A DNA stretch of 64,000 bases from Candidatus Bathyarchaeota archaeon (GCA_963726255.1 CAVSBL010000002.1:1856001-1920000), one strand, 5' to 3'. Shown: positions 10,126-20,030, counted from the first letter of the stretch. A program made the numbers and translations. The notes: generated by a model from the letters alone, not told the origin.

Positions 10126-10404
10126 TTACTGGCAGATCATTAGGCAGTTGCCGACGTGGTGTTCACCGCGAGGGTAACCCAGCGCAGCATACGGAGTTGG
10201 TGAGTAAGCACCACTGTAAACGTAGCCGAATGGAAGGCCGTACGATGCTGAGGAGTAGTAGCCGTAGGATGGTGACGAATAGTAGCCGTATGATGGTGCC
10301 GAATAGCCGTACATTGGGTATGCTGGGTAAGGCGCGTATCCGTAATAGTTCAACGGCGTATAGTAGCTAGACGGGTAGCCCCAACCACAACCACAATAGG
10401 ACAT
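10126..10404 (-). CDS. Small Tyr/Gly/Pro/Ser-rich repeat protein
   Basis: ATG start; YGYYSSPS-type repeats with third-position variation between DNA units. Confidence 0.6.
   Translation of the reverse strand: MSYCGCGWGYPSSYYTPLNYYGYAPYPAYPMYGYSAPSYGYYSSPSYGYYSSASYGLPFGYVYSGAYSPTPYAALGYPRGEHHVGNCLMICQ
10238..10312. repeat. Imperfect ~24-bp tandem repeat (coding SYGYYSS(P/A))
   Basis: gccgtacgatgctgaggagtagta / gccgtaggatggtgacgaatagta / gccgtatgatggtgccgaata. Confidence 0.7.
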
Positions 10405-10887
10405 ATTTCAATACCTAGAAACCCCCCAGCCGCCAGCCGCCAAATTAAGCGTATCCGAAATTTGAGTCAGGCGTGTAAATCCCCTTGCAAAAGGCTGCTG
10501 TAATGAATCCTGCATTTGCGCCTATCACAGCAATGGGCCGCTTTCTACGGTTTCAGCCATTAGCTGGCTTTTCGCATAGGGTCAATCCGGACGAAAGGTG
10601 CTTCCTCCTCCAAGGCATTGCTCGGGCCCAATCGAATTTCTTGTTCCATAATCAATTGCCGCCCAGAATGCGCCCGATCTATAGACGTAACAGACCGGTA
10701 CGACATGCGGCATACCGTTTGGGCTCACTGTAGCGAACCTGATTATCCTCAAGCAAACGTCCCTCGGCGCTACTGAAATCCAACGCTCCTCACTATTTCA
10801 CCAAACCTTGTAGCCAACAATCCGTTCTCAATTGACGTAAGAAATCGTTTTCAACGTGATCGACATCAACTCCGCCCAGTGGATTGA

Positions 10888-12243
10888 ATGGATCAGAAGG
10901 CTGTCGCTTACGTGGTCAGCAATCGAGACAAATTGCTCGAAGATTTCCGAACATTGCTTAGGCAGCCAAGCGTTTCTGCCCAGGGGCGTGGAATCCGTGA
11001 GTGCGCCAACCTCCTAGAACGATTCATGCGAGGTTCAGGCATGGAAACTGAACTCGTGGAAGAACCCGAAGGGAACCCTGTGCTACTGGGCAACGTCACC
11101 ACAAGCAAGTCGAAGCGGACGCTGTTGTTCTACGGCCATTACGATGTGCAACCCACAGAACCCCTGGAGGAATGGAAGTCGGATCCCTTTGGGGCGGAGA
11201 TGAAGGATGGCAAAATCTTTGCGCGTGGTGCTTCCGATTCTAAGAACAACGTAATGGCGCTAGTCAAAATGGTGGAAGCATACAAGAATACAATTGGCGA
11301 GCTGCCTGTGAATTTGAAATTTTTCTTCGAAGGTGAGGAAGAAATTGGCAGCCCTCATCTTCCGCGCTTTGTGGAAGAGAATAAGTCCAAGTTGAAAGCC
11401 GACGCCGACGTCTGCTTCGATGGGGGGATAGATGAAACCGGCCGGCCTGAAGTGGTCTTGGGCGTGAAAGGCATGCTCTACGTCGAGCTACATGCAACCG
11501 GCCCGAAAGTTGACCTTCATTCCTCCCTAGCCCCGCTCGCCCCGAACCCGGCGTGGCGCATAATCTGGGCGCTTGACTCCATCAAACAATCCGATGAGAG
11601 GATCAAGATTGATGGCTGGTACGACCGCGTACACAAACCATCTTCACCCGAACTTGAACTTGTGAAGAACCTTCCCTTCGACGAGGAGAGGAATAAGTCG
11701 GAGATGGGGCTTGCCTCTTTCCTACTTGACAGAAAAGGGTTGGACGCAGTGAGGATGCTCCTCTATGAGCCCACCTGCAATGTCTGCGGCTTCATGAGCG
11801 GATATACAGCGAAAGGCTCCAAAACAGTATTGCCCAGCAAGGCCATGGCCAAACTAGACTTCAGGTTAGTCTACGACCAAAACCCTGCGGACTTGCTCGA
11901 GAAATTGAAGCTTCATCTCGTCAAACACAATTTTCGGGACGTTGAAGTTGTAAGGTCGAACAGCCTAGAGCCCTCGAAGACACCTGTCGACGCACCTATC
12001 GCACGAGCAGTCATCGCCGCGGCAAAAGAGGTGTTCAAAAATGAAGCGTCCGTCGCCCCGAACGCCGCGGGCTCTGGCCCGGATTACCTTTTCACAAAGA
12101 GGTTGGGCCTAAATTCGGTCTGGGCGGGGTGTGCCTCAGCTTTCTCTCAAGCACACGCCCCGAACGAATTCGAACTCGTAGACGATTTCTTCAAAGGAAT
12201 TGAATACGCGGGGACTATTGTGGAGAACTTCGCGCACACCTAG
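10888..12243 (+). CDS. M20/M25/M40 family metallopeptidase (dipeptidase-like)
   Basis: YGHYDVQP, ARGASDSK, EGEEEIGS, DLHS, AHAPNE. Confidence 0.9.
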   Translation: MDQKAVAYVVSNRDKLLEDFRTLLRQPSVSAQGRGIRECANLLERFMRGSGMETELVEEPEGNPVLLGNVTTSKSKRTLLFYGHYDVQPTEPLEEWKSDPFGAEMKDGKIFARGASDSKNNVMALVKMVEAYKNTIGELPVNLKFFFEGEEEIGSPHLPRFVEENKSKLKADADVCFDGGIDETGRPEVVLGVKGMLYVELHATGPKVDLHSSLAPLAPNPAWRIIWALDSIKQSDERIKIDGWYDRVHKPSSPELELVKNLPFDEERNKSEMGLASFLLDRKGLDAVRMLLYEPTCNVCGFMSGYTAKGSKTVLPSKAMAKLDFRLVYDQNPADLLEKLKLHLVKHNFRDVEVVRSNSLEPSKTPVDAPIARAVIAAAKEVFKNEASVAPNAAGSGPDYLFTKRLGLNSVWAGCASAFSQAHAPNEFELVDDFFKGIEYAGTIVENFAHT

Positions 12244-12278
12244 CGCCTAATCGGCCTTCGGGTCTCCCTCAACCTTTA

Positions 12279-13004
12279 ATGAATTCCACTCATAGTCGTT
12301 GCCAGGCACGGGCCCTGGAAGACGAGTGCTTGACGATCAAAGGCATCGTAATGGACATGGATGGAACAATAACACAGTTCAACCTCGACTACATGGCTGC
12401 CCGACGCAAGGCACTCGAAGAAGTTGAGAAACTGAACCTACGTACACCAGAGATGACTGAACAACTCAGCCTCTATCTTATCCTCAAGAAACTCAAGGAT
12501 GAACTAGACGCTGATACGTTCACAAGCCTCCGGCGAAGATTCTACAACCTCCTTGAAGAGATGGAAGTCAACGCCGCCAACGAGGTCACCCTATACCCGG
12601 GCGCGGTTGAAACGCTCCGTAAACTTCGCGCCCGCGGGCTCAGAATAGGGTTGGTAACGAACAACGGGCGTGTTGGGACAGAGATAACTCTGAGGCGATG
12701 CGAGCTAGCAGGTTTCTTCGACGCCGTAGTAACAAGGGATGATTGCGAAGAGATGAAACCAGACCCTGCCCCGGTTCGAAAGCTCTTAGTTGAAATGGGT
12801 GTCCCACTCGAAGAGGCCATTCTTGTAGGCGATGGGGTCATGGACATCATAGCCGCGCGGGAGGCAGGGTTACCATCCGTCGCCGTTGCTACCGGCCCAT
12901 TCCCGAGCGAACGATTAATTCAAGCCGAACCAGATTACCTGCTAGGATCAGTAAACGACCTGCCACTACTCATCGAACAGTTGGACGCCAAAGGGCGACG
13001 CTGA
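12279..13004 (+). CDS. HAD-superfamily hydrolase (phosphoglycolate phosphatase-like); true start probably TTG 12330
   Basis: DMDGT, VTNN, KPDP, VGDGVMD. Confidence 0.9.
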   Translation: MNSTHSRCQARALEDECLTIKGIVMDMDGTITQFNLDYMAARRKALEEVEKLNLRTPEMTEQLSLYLILKKLKDELDADTFTSLRRRFYNLLEEMEVNAANEVTLYPGAVETLRKLRARGLRIGLVTNNGRVGTEITLRRCELAGFFDAVVTRDDCEEMKPDPAPVRKLLVEMGVPLEEAILVGDGVMDIIAAREAGLPSVAVATGPFPSERLIQAEPDYLLGSVNDLPLLIEQLDAKGRR

Positions 13005-13082
13005 GTTGTTGAACCAGGTGGAAAATCACTCTCACCAAGCTAGCCCTAGGCGGTTTTGAAACCTATTTTCGCGTAAGGAAAA

Positions 13083-13111
13083 CATATACTCGGCACTTAA
13101 ATGCGATTACA
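13083..13111 (+). promoter_or_regulatory. Promoter motif CATATAC-N6-CTTAA...ATTACA (shared with 14228-14254)
   Basis: Same 7-mer at the same spacing to a TATA-like box upstream of two membrane-protein genes. Confidence 0.55.
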
Positions 13112-13151
13112 TGGTACGTACCGCATTCAAAACTTTGAGGGAGGGATAAAA

Positions 13152-13697
13152 TTGCAAACAAAAGGAGCTCAAAGCACAATGGCCACTCTATTTCTCTACG
13201 CTGCAATCATTCAAGGTGCAATAGCAGCAGTCATCACTTTTCTAGGCGGCTTCGGCGATCAAATCGGCTTGCTGCCAGTCGCAGTTTCCAGAGTAATAGC
13301 AAGCGGGGAAGCAGGCACATGGTTCACCGTTGGATACCTCACCTACCTGATAGTAGGCGTAATCGGAATCGCGGTGACTTCACTGTTCTACTTCTTCATT
13401 GAAACTGTTCAAGGCAAGGTCTACAAGGGCATATCGAAAGCGCTAGCATGGATCCATTTTGTCCTCGGCAACATCGGCGTGGCGGGCGCAGCAATCCTAG
13501 CCATGGCGGGAGGATACCTTGGCGGCGCTGCGATGCAACCCGCAAAGTATGGGGGAATGGGATGGAACACGGGGCAAGTACACGTCGGCGTCCTACAATA
13601 CTACTCGGAGCCAATAGCGGTCTTTCTAGTTCTCGGTTTAATCGGGTTCTTCGCCGGCGGACTAGGATACTTGATGGCCTTACGCTCCAAACACTGA
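13152..13697 (+). CDS. 4-TM membrane protein, weakly resembling the C-terminal helices of heme-copper oxidase subunit I
   Basis: TTG start after GAGGAGG; LAWIHFVLGNIG..LAMAGGYLGG segment. Confidence 0.6.
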   Translation: MQTKGAQSTMATLFLYAAIIQGAIAAVITFLGGFGDQIGLLPVAVSRVIASGEAGTWFTVGYLTYLIVGVIGIAVTSLFYFFIETVQGKVYKGISKALAWIHFVLGNIGVAGAAILAMAGGYLGGAAMQPAKYGGMGWNTGQVHVGVLQYYSEPIAVFLVLGLIGFFAGGLGYLMALRSKH

Positions 13698-13757
13698 GCT
13701 AAGGAAACCTTCCCTCCTTCCCTAACCTTTTCTTTCTATGGCTCATCGTGAGCCAAA

Positions 13758-14147
13758 TCACCCAGCCCGCACGCCGTTTGGTACGGGTCGTTCTGGTACA
13801 CTAAGCACAGGTACAATTGAATCAGCATACCCAATGTCCAGGAGCATCCCTTCGGAAACTTCGCCGAACAACTTCTTGGGTTCAAGGTTGACGACGAATA
13901 ACGCCTGCTTCCCTTCAATTTCCCTCGGATTCTGACGTTCCTTTTTCATCCCCGCCAGTATGTTTCTCCTGTGGTCACCGAAATTTACGATGAGTTTCAC
14001 CAACTTGTCTGAATTCTTCACATCCTCCACACGTTCGATTGTTCCAACGCGAAAGTCAATCCTGTTCAGTAACTCGATGGGAACGGTTGGTTTGACGGGG
14101 GCAGGCTTAATCGCGGTCATAGTGAACTGGATGACTTCGACTCCCAA
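13758..14147 (-). CDS. tRNA-binding OB-fold protein (CsaA/Trbp111 family)
   Basis: IDFRVGTI, SDKLVKL, VVNLEPKK, SEGMLL, VPNG. Confidence 0.9.
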   Translation of the reverse strand: MGVEVIQFTMTAIKPAPVKPTVPIELLNRIDFRVGTIERVEDVKNSDKLVKLIVNFGDHRRNILAGMKKERQNPREIEGKQALFVVNLEPKKLFGEVSEGMLLDIGYADSIVPVLSVPERPVPNGVRAG

Positions 14148-14213
14148 CGATAAAAAGCGAACAACTCCACGAAACTGCGCTTATGGTATCACCTTGCCGA
14201 GGAGGAAGGCATG

Positions 14214-14254
14214 GTATGTGTTTATTCCATATACGAACGCCTTAAGTAATTACA
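14214..14254 (+). promoter_or_regulatory. Inverted repeat GTATGTG-N7-CATATAC plus TATA-like box
   Basis: Imperfect dyad directly upstream of CTTAAG; right half shared with the 13083 promoter. Confidence 0.5.
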
Positions 14255-14278
14255 GGCCAGCGCTGGTATGAGATTTCC

Positions 14279-15751
14279 TTGACGGCGATTCAGGAAGTAG
14301 GCCGAGTTACCTATACCCACAACTACATGCTGTCCTTGAAAGCGCTCACGTGGGCGACAACTCTAATCATCGTGATCATGGCAGGCCTATACGCCATCCT
14401 CGGCCTACCTCCAGGTTTGGATACGTACTATGCGACATTGTATTTCCATTCTATAGGGGTAGGAATCGCCGCGTTAGCCGCGTATTTGGTGATTTCGATT
14501 TTCAATCTTCAGAAATATGAACCCCCAATTGATTTTCCCATATCGTACAGGGCCTATGCCGCCGTTGTCTTTGCAGCTGTCGGCGGTATTTTCTACTTGA
14601 GCCCGTTCCTTGACGCTAGTTTTCCCGACATACCTTTGGGCTTGTATGTTGTAGCATTCATATTGATTGGTGACGTGGGTGGCGCCCTCTTCATCCAACT
14701 TGCAATCTTGCCGAGGAAGCAAGCTGGAACCTACGAGCCGAAAATGAAGGCCTTTCCGCCCCGCATGTGGCCACAATATGTCCTCAGAATGATACCGGGG
14801 AGAAAGGAATTCTCATTGTACGCGAAGGCTGGCGCGGGCTACTGGCTAGCATTGTTCTCTGTAGGCTCCGCCTTCATCGCGGGGATGATTGGGTTCGCAA
14901 ACCTTTGGATGATGATCTTTGGCGTAGGCATATTCTCCTTCCTCGTTCCGTTCTTCGGGGACGCGGGAACTTTCGTCGGCGCTTTAGCTGGCCCACACTC
15001 CCATGAGATGGGCCTTGCCATCATGGCGGGAGTTGTCGCTCTAGTAGCGCACCGATTCAAAGTTCTAGACGTGAAAGGGTCGAGGAGGAACTTGGCCAAT
15101 GTCGGATTGTGGATCAGCTCAATCGGTATAGTTGCGATTACGGTCGTTATGGTATTGGAGGCTGTCATCAATTTCGCTCCCCCGGTTCTCTTCCAAGGCG
15201 GGCCTGACGGGGTGAATGGCATGGCGGGTGATGATACGGTCATGGCGATCACTGCGCTTGGAGCCATGATCGCCCTGATTCCCCTAGCGTTGGTCAAGCT
15301 GGGTGGGAAGAGTTCTTGGAAAGACGGGGTTCGGTTAGCTCTACTTGGCACCTGGGTTGCTGCGGTCATAAACAGCGTTCTCGAAGGATTTTACATCGAG
15401 TTCCATGAGGATGTTTTCGGTTCAACGATGTCTGCGAACCACGACGTGTTCGCGAATGTTAACCCAATGTTCGGTATTTTCACACTCGCCGCCTTAGCTT
15501 TGGTCCTTCTAGCCGTTGACTACTACCAGGTCAGTGGGATGCTTAGGCGTGTTACTGGTTGGTTGGCCGGTGTTGGCCTCATTGTCGCAACCCTAGGTAC
15601 CTCTCTTTGGGCTTTTGTAGATCCTACAATCGGGGGGTTTTCTTACTGGCTTTACATTCTAGGCGTCATGATCATAGGAGTTTCAGCGCTGACAGCAGTA
15701 GGTATCATGTACAAGGCTAAGATTGCGAGAATCTCGCGTTCTGAAGTCTAG
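14279..15751 (+). CDS. Polytopic (~12 TM) membrane protein with intramembrane His motifs
   Basis: Hydrophobic profile; LYFHSIG, GPHSHEMG, IEFHED, ANHD. Confidence 0.75.
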   Translation: MTAIQEVGRVTYTHNYMLSLKALTWATTLIIVIMAGLYAILGLPPGLDTYYATLYFHSIGVGIAALAAYLVISIFNLQKYEPPIDFPISYRAYAAVVFAAVGGIFYLSPFLDASFPDIPLGLYVVAFILIGDVGGALFIQLAILPRKQAGTYEPKMKAFPPRMWPQYVLRMIPGRKEFSLYAKAGAGYWLALFSVGSAFIAGMIGFANLWMMIFGVGIFSFLVPFFGDAGTFVGALAGPHSHEMGLAIMAGVVALVAHRFKVLDVKGSRRNLANVGLWISSIGIVAITVVMVLEAVINFAPPVLFQGGPDGVNGMAGDDTVMAITALGAMIALIPLALVKLGGKSSWKDGVRLALLGTWVAAVINSVLEGFYIEFHEDVFGSTMSANHDVFANVNPMFGIFTLAALALVLLAVDYYQVSGMLRRVTGWLAGVGLIVATLGTSLWAFVDPTIGGFSYWLYILGVMIIGVSALTAVGIMYKAKIARISRSEV

Positions 15752-15798
15752 ACTTCTTCAGAACTCTAGCAGGCGCTCGCGGAGTAGTTCCGCGATTC

Positions 15799-16440
15799 TC
15801 ACAGGTTGAAGGCGGCTATTACGAAGGTTGCACCGTAGTAGATGAGAATCAACCCAAAGACGATGAGTACGACCTTATACCATCTTGAACCAACCACAGC
15901 CTTACCCTTCTTACCTAGATGCGCAATCATCGTGAGAAATGCGTAATCCATCCAGACATGTGAAACATACATTACGAGTACGCCGACGAGCGCTGCGAAA
16001 GCTAAAGCTTGGACTATGAGAACTGAGCCTATGGTTAGCCACCATAGAATAAAGTAGGGATTAAGCCCAGTGAGGGCTAGGCCTAAGACTAGAGAGCTCG
16101 CGGGGAGTTTTCTCGCCTTAGCGTTGGGTGGCCCAGCCGACGATGGTTTGCTCTTGAGGGTTTCATAGACCTGCAGTACGCCGAAACCAATCAAGCCCGC
16201 ACCCCCTACCACGCCAATCACTCCTTTGACCATCGGTTGGCTCGCAGCCGCGAGCAAGCCTAGGGCGAGGGCGAGAACCAATGGAAACTCCACGAGCGTA
16301 TGTCCGATAGCCGCTGAGAAACCAGCCCGAGCTCCCTCCTTAGAACCGTGCATAAGTAAACCGAAAAACAACGGGCCTGGGGCCAGCGCCCCTGAAGCTG
16401 TTACCACAATTACGGTGGCAACGAAACCGAATAAATCCAT
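15799..16440 (-). CDS. LysE family translocator
   Basis: SGALAPGP, GHTLVE, NPYFILWW. Confidence 0.9.
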   Translation of the reverse strand: MDLFGFVATVIVVTASGALAPGPLFFGLLMHGSKEGARAGFSAAIGHTLVEFPLVLALALGLLAAASQPMVKGVIGVVGGAGLIGFGVLQVYETLKSKPSSAGPPNAKARKLPASSLVLGLALTGLNPYFILWWLTIGSVLIVQALAFAALVGVLVMYVSHVWMDYAFLTMIAHLGKKGKAVVGSRWYKVVLIVFGLILIYYGATFVIAAFNL

Positions 16441-16528
16441 AATGAGCAGGCCTCTTTACGTTGCACAAAACGGCTCTGTCAAGTTATTTGAGTTTGATTC
16501 CAATGCATGGTTCGATGGTGAAGAGGTT

Positions 16529-17257
16529 CTACCTTACTACAGCGGCACCGATAATGTAACTCACCAGTGCGGTCACTAAACCTATGCCAAGCATTTGCAG
16601 GCCAGACTTCCACCAAACACCAACCGTCACCGAAGCCTTGTATGCGCCAACAACGAAGAGCGAAGCCCCAGCCAGCGCTATCGATCCCCACACAGCCGTC
16701 CATACTGGGAGCCCAAAGAAAGGTGCAACAGGAATCAAGGAACCTATAACGGCGGCGAACCCCACGATTACAGCTGTCTTCACAAGCCCGCTCTTTTCAA
16801 CCGGTGAAACCTTCAACTCCTCGGCAAGCATAACACCAACCCACCTCTCTTCATCTGACGTTATAGTGTGAACTATTTCGTCGAGCTGTTTTCCTGTGAA
16901 GCCTTTTGCTTCGTAGATTCTCCTAATCTCTTCCCGTTCAATGTCGGAGAACCTTCTGATGTGATCCTTCTCCCGCTCGACTTGGCTTTCGTAGAAATCC
17001 TTGTCTGCTAAGTTCGACGTGTATGCAACCGCTCCCATCGAAAGAGACTCAGCGAAAGTCGTGGCCAAGGCCGCGGCGACTATGAGCTTTGAATTACCCG
17101 AAGCAGCCGCCACCCCTAACACCACGCCTAGGACATTCACAATTCCATCCTGCCCGCCCAAAATTACGTCGCTCAGCCTCGACCCCATTCTATGCAATTT
17201 CTTGTGAGCCTCAAGGTCCTCGGAAGTAGGCTGGGGTCTCCTCTTGGCGGCTGACAT
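16529..17257 (-). CDS. VIT1/CCC1 family Fe/Mn transporter
   Basis: DVILGGQDG, SMGAVAY, EREEIRRIY..KG, MLAEEL. Confidence 0.9.
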   Translation of the reverse strand: MSAAKRRPQPTSEDLEAHKKLHRMGSRLSDVILGGQDGIVNVLGVVLGVAAASGNSKLIVAAALATTFAESLSMGAVAYTSNLADKDFYESQVEREKDHIRRFSDIEREEIRRIYEAKGFTGKQLDEIVHTITSDEERWVGVMLAEELKVSPVEKSGLVKTAVIVGFAAVIGSLIPVAPFFGLPVWTAVWGSIALAGASLFVVGAYKASVTVGVWWKSGLQMLGIGLVTALVSYIIGAAVVR

Positions 17258-17308
17258 TTCAAGGAACTCGGCTTTCGTGTATCTCGATTCGAGAAGGTGG
17301 CGGGTTAT

Positions 17309-18160
17309 TTAGGCCTCTACAATTAGGTTTCTGCCGACTGTACCCAGTGCTTTGACAACGTCATGTTTGCTCAGAAGGCCTACTACGTTCGATTCCCCGT
17401 CAGTTACGGGCAGGCTGCCTATCCCCTCGTTTATGATTATCTGAGCTGCCTGTGCCAAGTCTGCATCTTCGTGAGTTGTGATTGGGTTTGGTGTCATCAG
17501 CTCTTTCGTTGTAATCAGCGCGCCCTCACTCTCCGGTTTCAGGGGCGATATTTCATTAGCTACTTTAGGCGCCTTCTCTCTGATTGATAGAATGTTCGAC
17601 AGCGTCAAGATGCCCACTAACTCCTCGTCTATGACGGGGACGCTTGGCTGGCGGAAAATTATTGCGTGAGCCACGTGCACCGCTGGGTAGTTGCTTTTCG
17701 CGAAGATGAAGTCTCTGGTCATGAAATCAGCGACCCTGAACCTGTGAGGCAACTTCTGCGAGTAGTAGTGGCAGAGGTCTGTTTCCGTCATGATTCCTGA
17801 GAGAGGGTTGTCATTTGTGATTACGGTGTAGGCAAGGTTTTCCGTGTCGAACAGACGTGCCGCATTGAGAACCGGAAAGTCCCGTCTGAGGGTCGGGATT
17901 GACTCGGTGGAGGCTTCTGAGACTCGTATCTCTCCTAGGCTGCGTGTTGTGGAGTCCTCTAGGAGAAACTGGGCGATAGTCCTCTTGGATATGAAGCCGA
18001 CAGGCCGGTTACGTTGGTCCACGACTACGAGTTGAGATACTCGGTTACGCGTCATTAGGTCTCGCGCGGTCAGGAGTGAGTCGGACGGGCCGACCGTGAC
18101 TACCCATTCCGTCATCACGTCGGCGACTGTGTCCATTCGAGTTTTCTCGGGACCCGCCAT
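17309..18160 (-). CDS. Four-CBS-domain protein
   Basis: Repeated VADVMT / LPV..GIL(T/S)..D CBS patterns. Confidence 0.9.
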   Translation of the reverse strand: MAGPEKTRMDTVADVMTEWVVTVGPSDSLLTARDLMTRNRVSQLVVVDQRNRPVGFISKRTIAQFLLEDSTTRSLGEIRVSEASTESIPTLRRDFPVLNAARLFDTENLAYTVITNDNPLSGIMTETDLCHYYSQKLPHRFRVADFMTRDFIFAKSNYPAVHVAHAIIFRQPSVPVIDEELVGILTLSNILSIREKAPKVANEISPLKPESEGALITTKELMTPNPITTHEDADLAQAAQIIINEGIGSLPVTDGESNVVGLLSKHDVVKALGTVGRNLIVEA

Positions 18161-18312
18161 TAGTTGAATTCAGCTCCCGCTCCGCCTTTGCGGTGGTTAA
18201 CTCAGAATTTGATATAAGACAACTCAATGGTTACCATAACCGGTTTTCGCAATCGAAGGCAAATAGAAACTCGTTCGACGAATTGGGATGCGTTGAAAGA
18301 AGCGAAATCAAT

Positions 18313-19461
18313 CTACCGCATGATTCTTGAAGTGATTTTCATCCCTCTCGAACGCAAGTATCCGAGGAATTTCTCGCGAAGTGCTCCTCTAAAGGCGAGT
18401 TCTGGTGGAACGAGTCCTTTCTTGACCACCTCGCCTGTTCCGAGGATCTGTGCGGCTATTGAGCATGGGAAGGCTGTGGTGCGGGCCATGGATGTCATTC
18501 CCGCTCTCCCATCATAGTGGTCTATCATCTCATACCGACGGTGAACGCTCGCATTGCGCCTCCTCCCAGATACGTCGACTCTGAGCAAGGTTAGGTCTCT
18601 TTCTTTACCCAGACTGATTCGATCTGACAGAATCTTGCCTACGAGCTTTCGTGGAATAACTAGCCTCCCATCGAATCGGACTGGGTTGGTTTCGAGTAAC
18701 CCACATTCTATCAGAGTCTTGATTTGGGAAACGTGGCCGGGCCAACGGATTGTTTTTTCATCCATTTCACGTACTCCTCTTAGTGTTTGTACGAGGGTTG
18801 AGAGCCCATCGGTGTAGAAGCATTCGCATACTCCAATGGGTGGGCGGAAGGTTATCTTCTCGAGTCCAGTTAGGGCAGGGACATCTGTTACCTTTCCGTT
18901 CTTGACGATTCTTGCTTTCCGAAGATACTCTTCAAGCACCGCTTCAAAGGAGAAGACGATTCGATAGTTCAGCGGGGGCCTTGGCCGTTCTGGTATGCCG
19001 CCGACCTTTATGTGAACCTCGCGGGCCTCATCCAGCTGTTCTGCTCCAGCCATAGCGAGAAGGTTGGTTAAGCCAGGGGCCAGCCCGCACGCAGGTATGA
19101 TTGTAATCCCCCTTTTCCGTGCTGCTGAATGGATTTCTCTTTGTCCGAATCGCCATCCGAAGATCAAGTCAACAAAATTCACTCCCGCCCGAATCGTTGA
19201 TTCGATAGCATATTCACTCAAGCCGTGAGGCAGGGCCCCTACGCCAACATCAGCCCTCTTCAGAAGCCTGGCCGTAGCTGAGCGCCGGCGTACGTCATGG
19301 GCTTTGACCGATAGTTTGCCTGAATGGACGCTTCGCGCAAGGGCGTTTAGGCGGTTTCGATCAACATCGTAAACCGCAACCTCGTCAACAAGTTTCGACC
19401 TCACTAGATCCCGTGCTATCGCGGAACCCATCAAACCCGAACCGAAGACTGCAACCCTCAG
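18313..19461 (-). CDS. Saccharopine/lysine 6-dehydrogenase family oxidoreductase (probable CTG start at 19461)
   Basis: In-frame extension gives LRVAVFGSGLMG Rossmann motif; CGLAPGL, EKTIRWPGH, SMARTT. Confidence 0.85.
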   Translation of the reverse strand: MRVAVFGSGLMGSAIARDLVRSKLVDEVAVYDVDRNRLNALARSVHSGKLSVKAHDVRRRSATARLLKRADVGVGALPHGLSEYAIESTIRAGVNFVDLIFGWRFGQREIHSAARKRGITIIPACGLAPGLTNLLAMAGAEQLDEAREVHIKVGGIPERPRPPLNYRIVFSFEAVLEEYLRKARIVKNGKVTDVPALTGLEKITFRPPIGVCECFYTDGLSTLVQTLRGVREMDEKTIRWPGHVSQIKTLIECGLLETNPVRFDGRLVIPRKLVGKILSDRISLGKERDLTLLRVDVSGRRRNASVHRRYEMIDHYDGRAGMTSMARTTAFPCSIAAQILGTGEVVKKGLVPPELAFRGALREKFLGYLRSRGMKITSRIMR

Positions 19462-19534
19462 AATTCATTCACCCTTCCCAAACGGTTCTCTTAGTGACAG
19501 AGGTAAGGGTAGTGATACTCCGAGATAGCTTGGG

Positions 19535-19687
19535 TTAACGTGCTTCTAGGATTGCTTCGATGTGCTTTGGAACGTTGGGCTCGTAAGAAACGCGGAGGAC
19601 CCACCGCATAATATCCTGCGTAGTCACTATTCCTTTCAACTCTTCGCCGTCAAGAATCGGCAACCGCCTGACCTTGTTCTTAAGCAT
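19535..19687 (-). pseudogene. C-terminal fragment of a CBS-domain gene, 5' part lost at an insertion boundary
   Basis: MLKNKVRRLPILDGEELKGIVTTQDIMRWVLRVSYEPNVPKHIEAILEAR*; upstream sequence switches abruptly to AT-rich DNA. Confidence 0.75.
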
Positions 19688-19787
19688 TAAAATGTTATAT
19701 CCAATCTCTACATAACAAGAAATGGTTTAATGGCTAGGCTTTGCTTCTGGGACGATTGTCTCTGTTCCTTGCGAAATAAGACCTGGA

Positions 19788-20021
19788 ATGTCTTCATTTG
19801 AGAAGGAAGTGAAGATACAACTTCCAGCCGGCACTATTACAGGACTTGTTAATCAATCGTCAGTGATAGAAAACCAAAAACGTGTAAGAGCGGTCGTCGT
19901 GATTTTTGAGAAGAATGACGTTCGTCTGCTCTTCCCTAGCCAAGACATGCACCCATCCAATCCCGCTCTTGTTCCCATCGACTGGCTGAGAAAGCATGCT
20001 CAGGTCGATGGCAACCCGTAG
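19788..20021 (+). CDS. Small hypothetical protein in inserted segment
   Basis: 77-aa ATG ORF immediately upstream of the dcd remnant. Confidence 0.45.
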   Translation: MSSFEKEVKIQLPAGTITGLVNQSSVIENQKRVRAVVVIFEKNDVRLLFPSQDMHPSNPALVPIDWLRKHAQVDGNP

Positions 20022-20030
20022 GCTACTTCA

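Noticed and set aside
10238-10312. CRISPR-like repeat
   Set aside because: Units are contiguous, degenerate at codon third positions and lack spacers; no cas genes in the window
10485-10733. 82-aa ORF in the intergenic gap
   Set aside because: No recognisable motif or convincing start; most other short ORF-track entries are likewise antisense shadows of real genes
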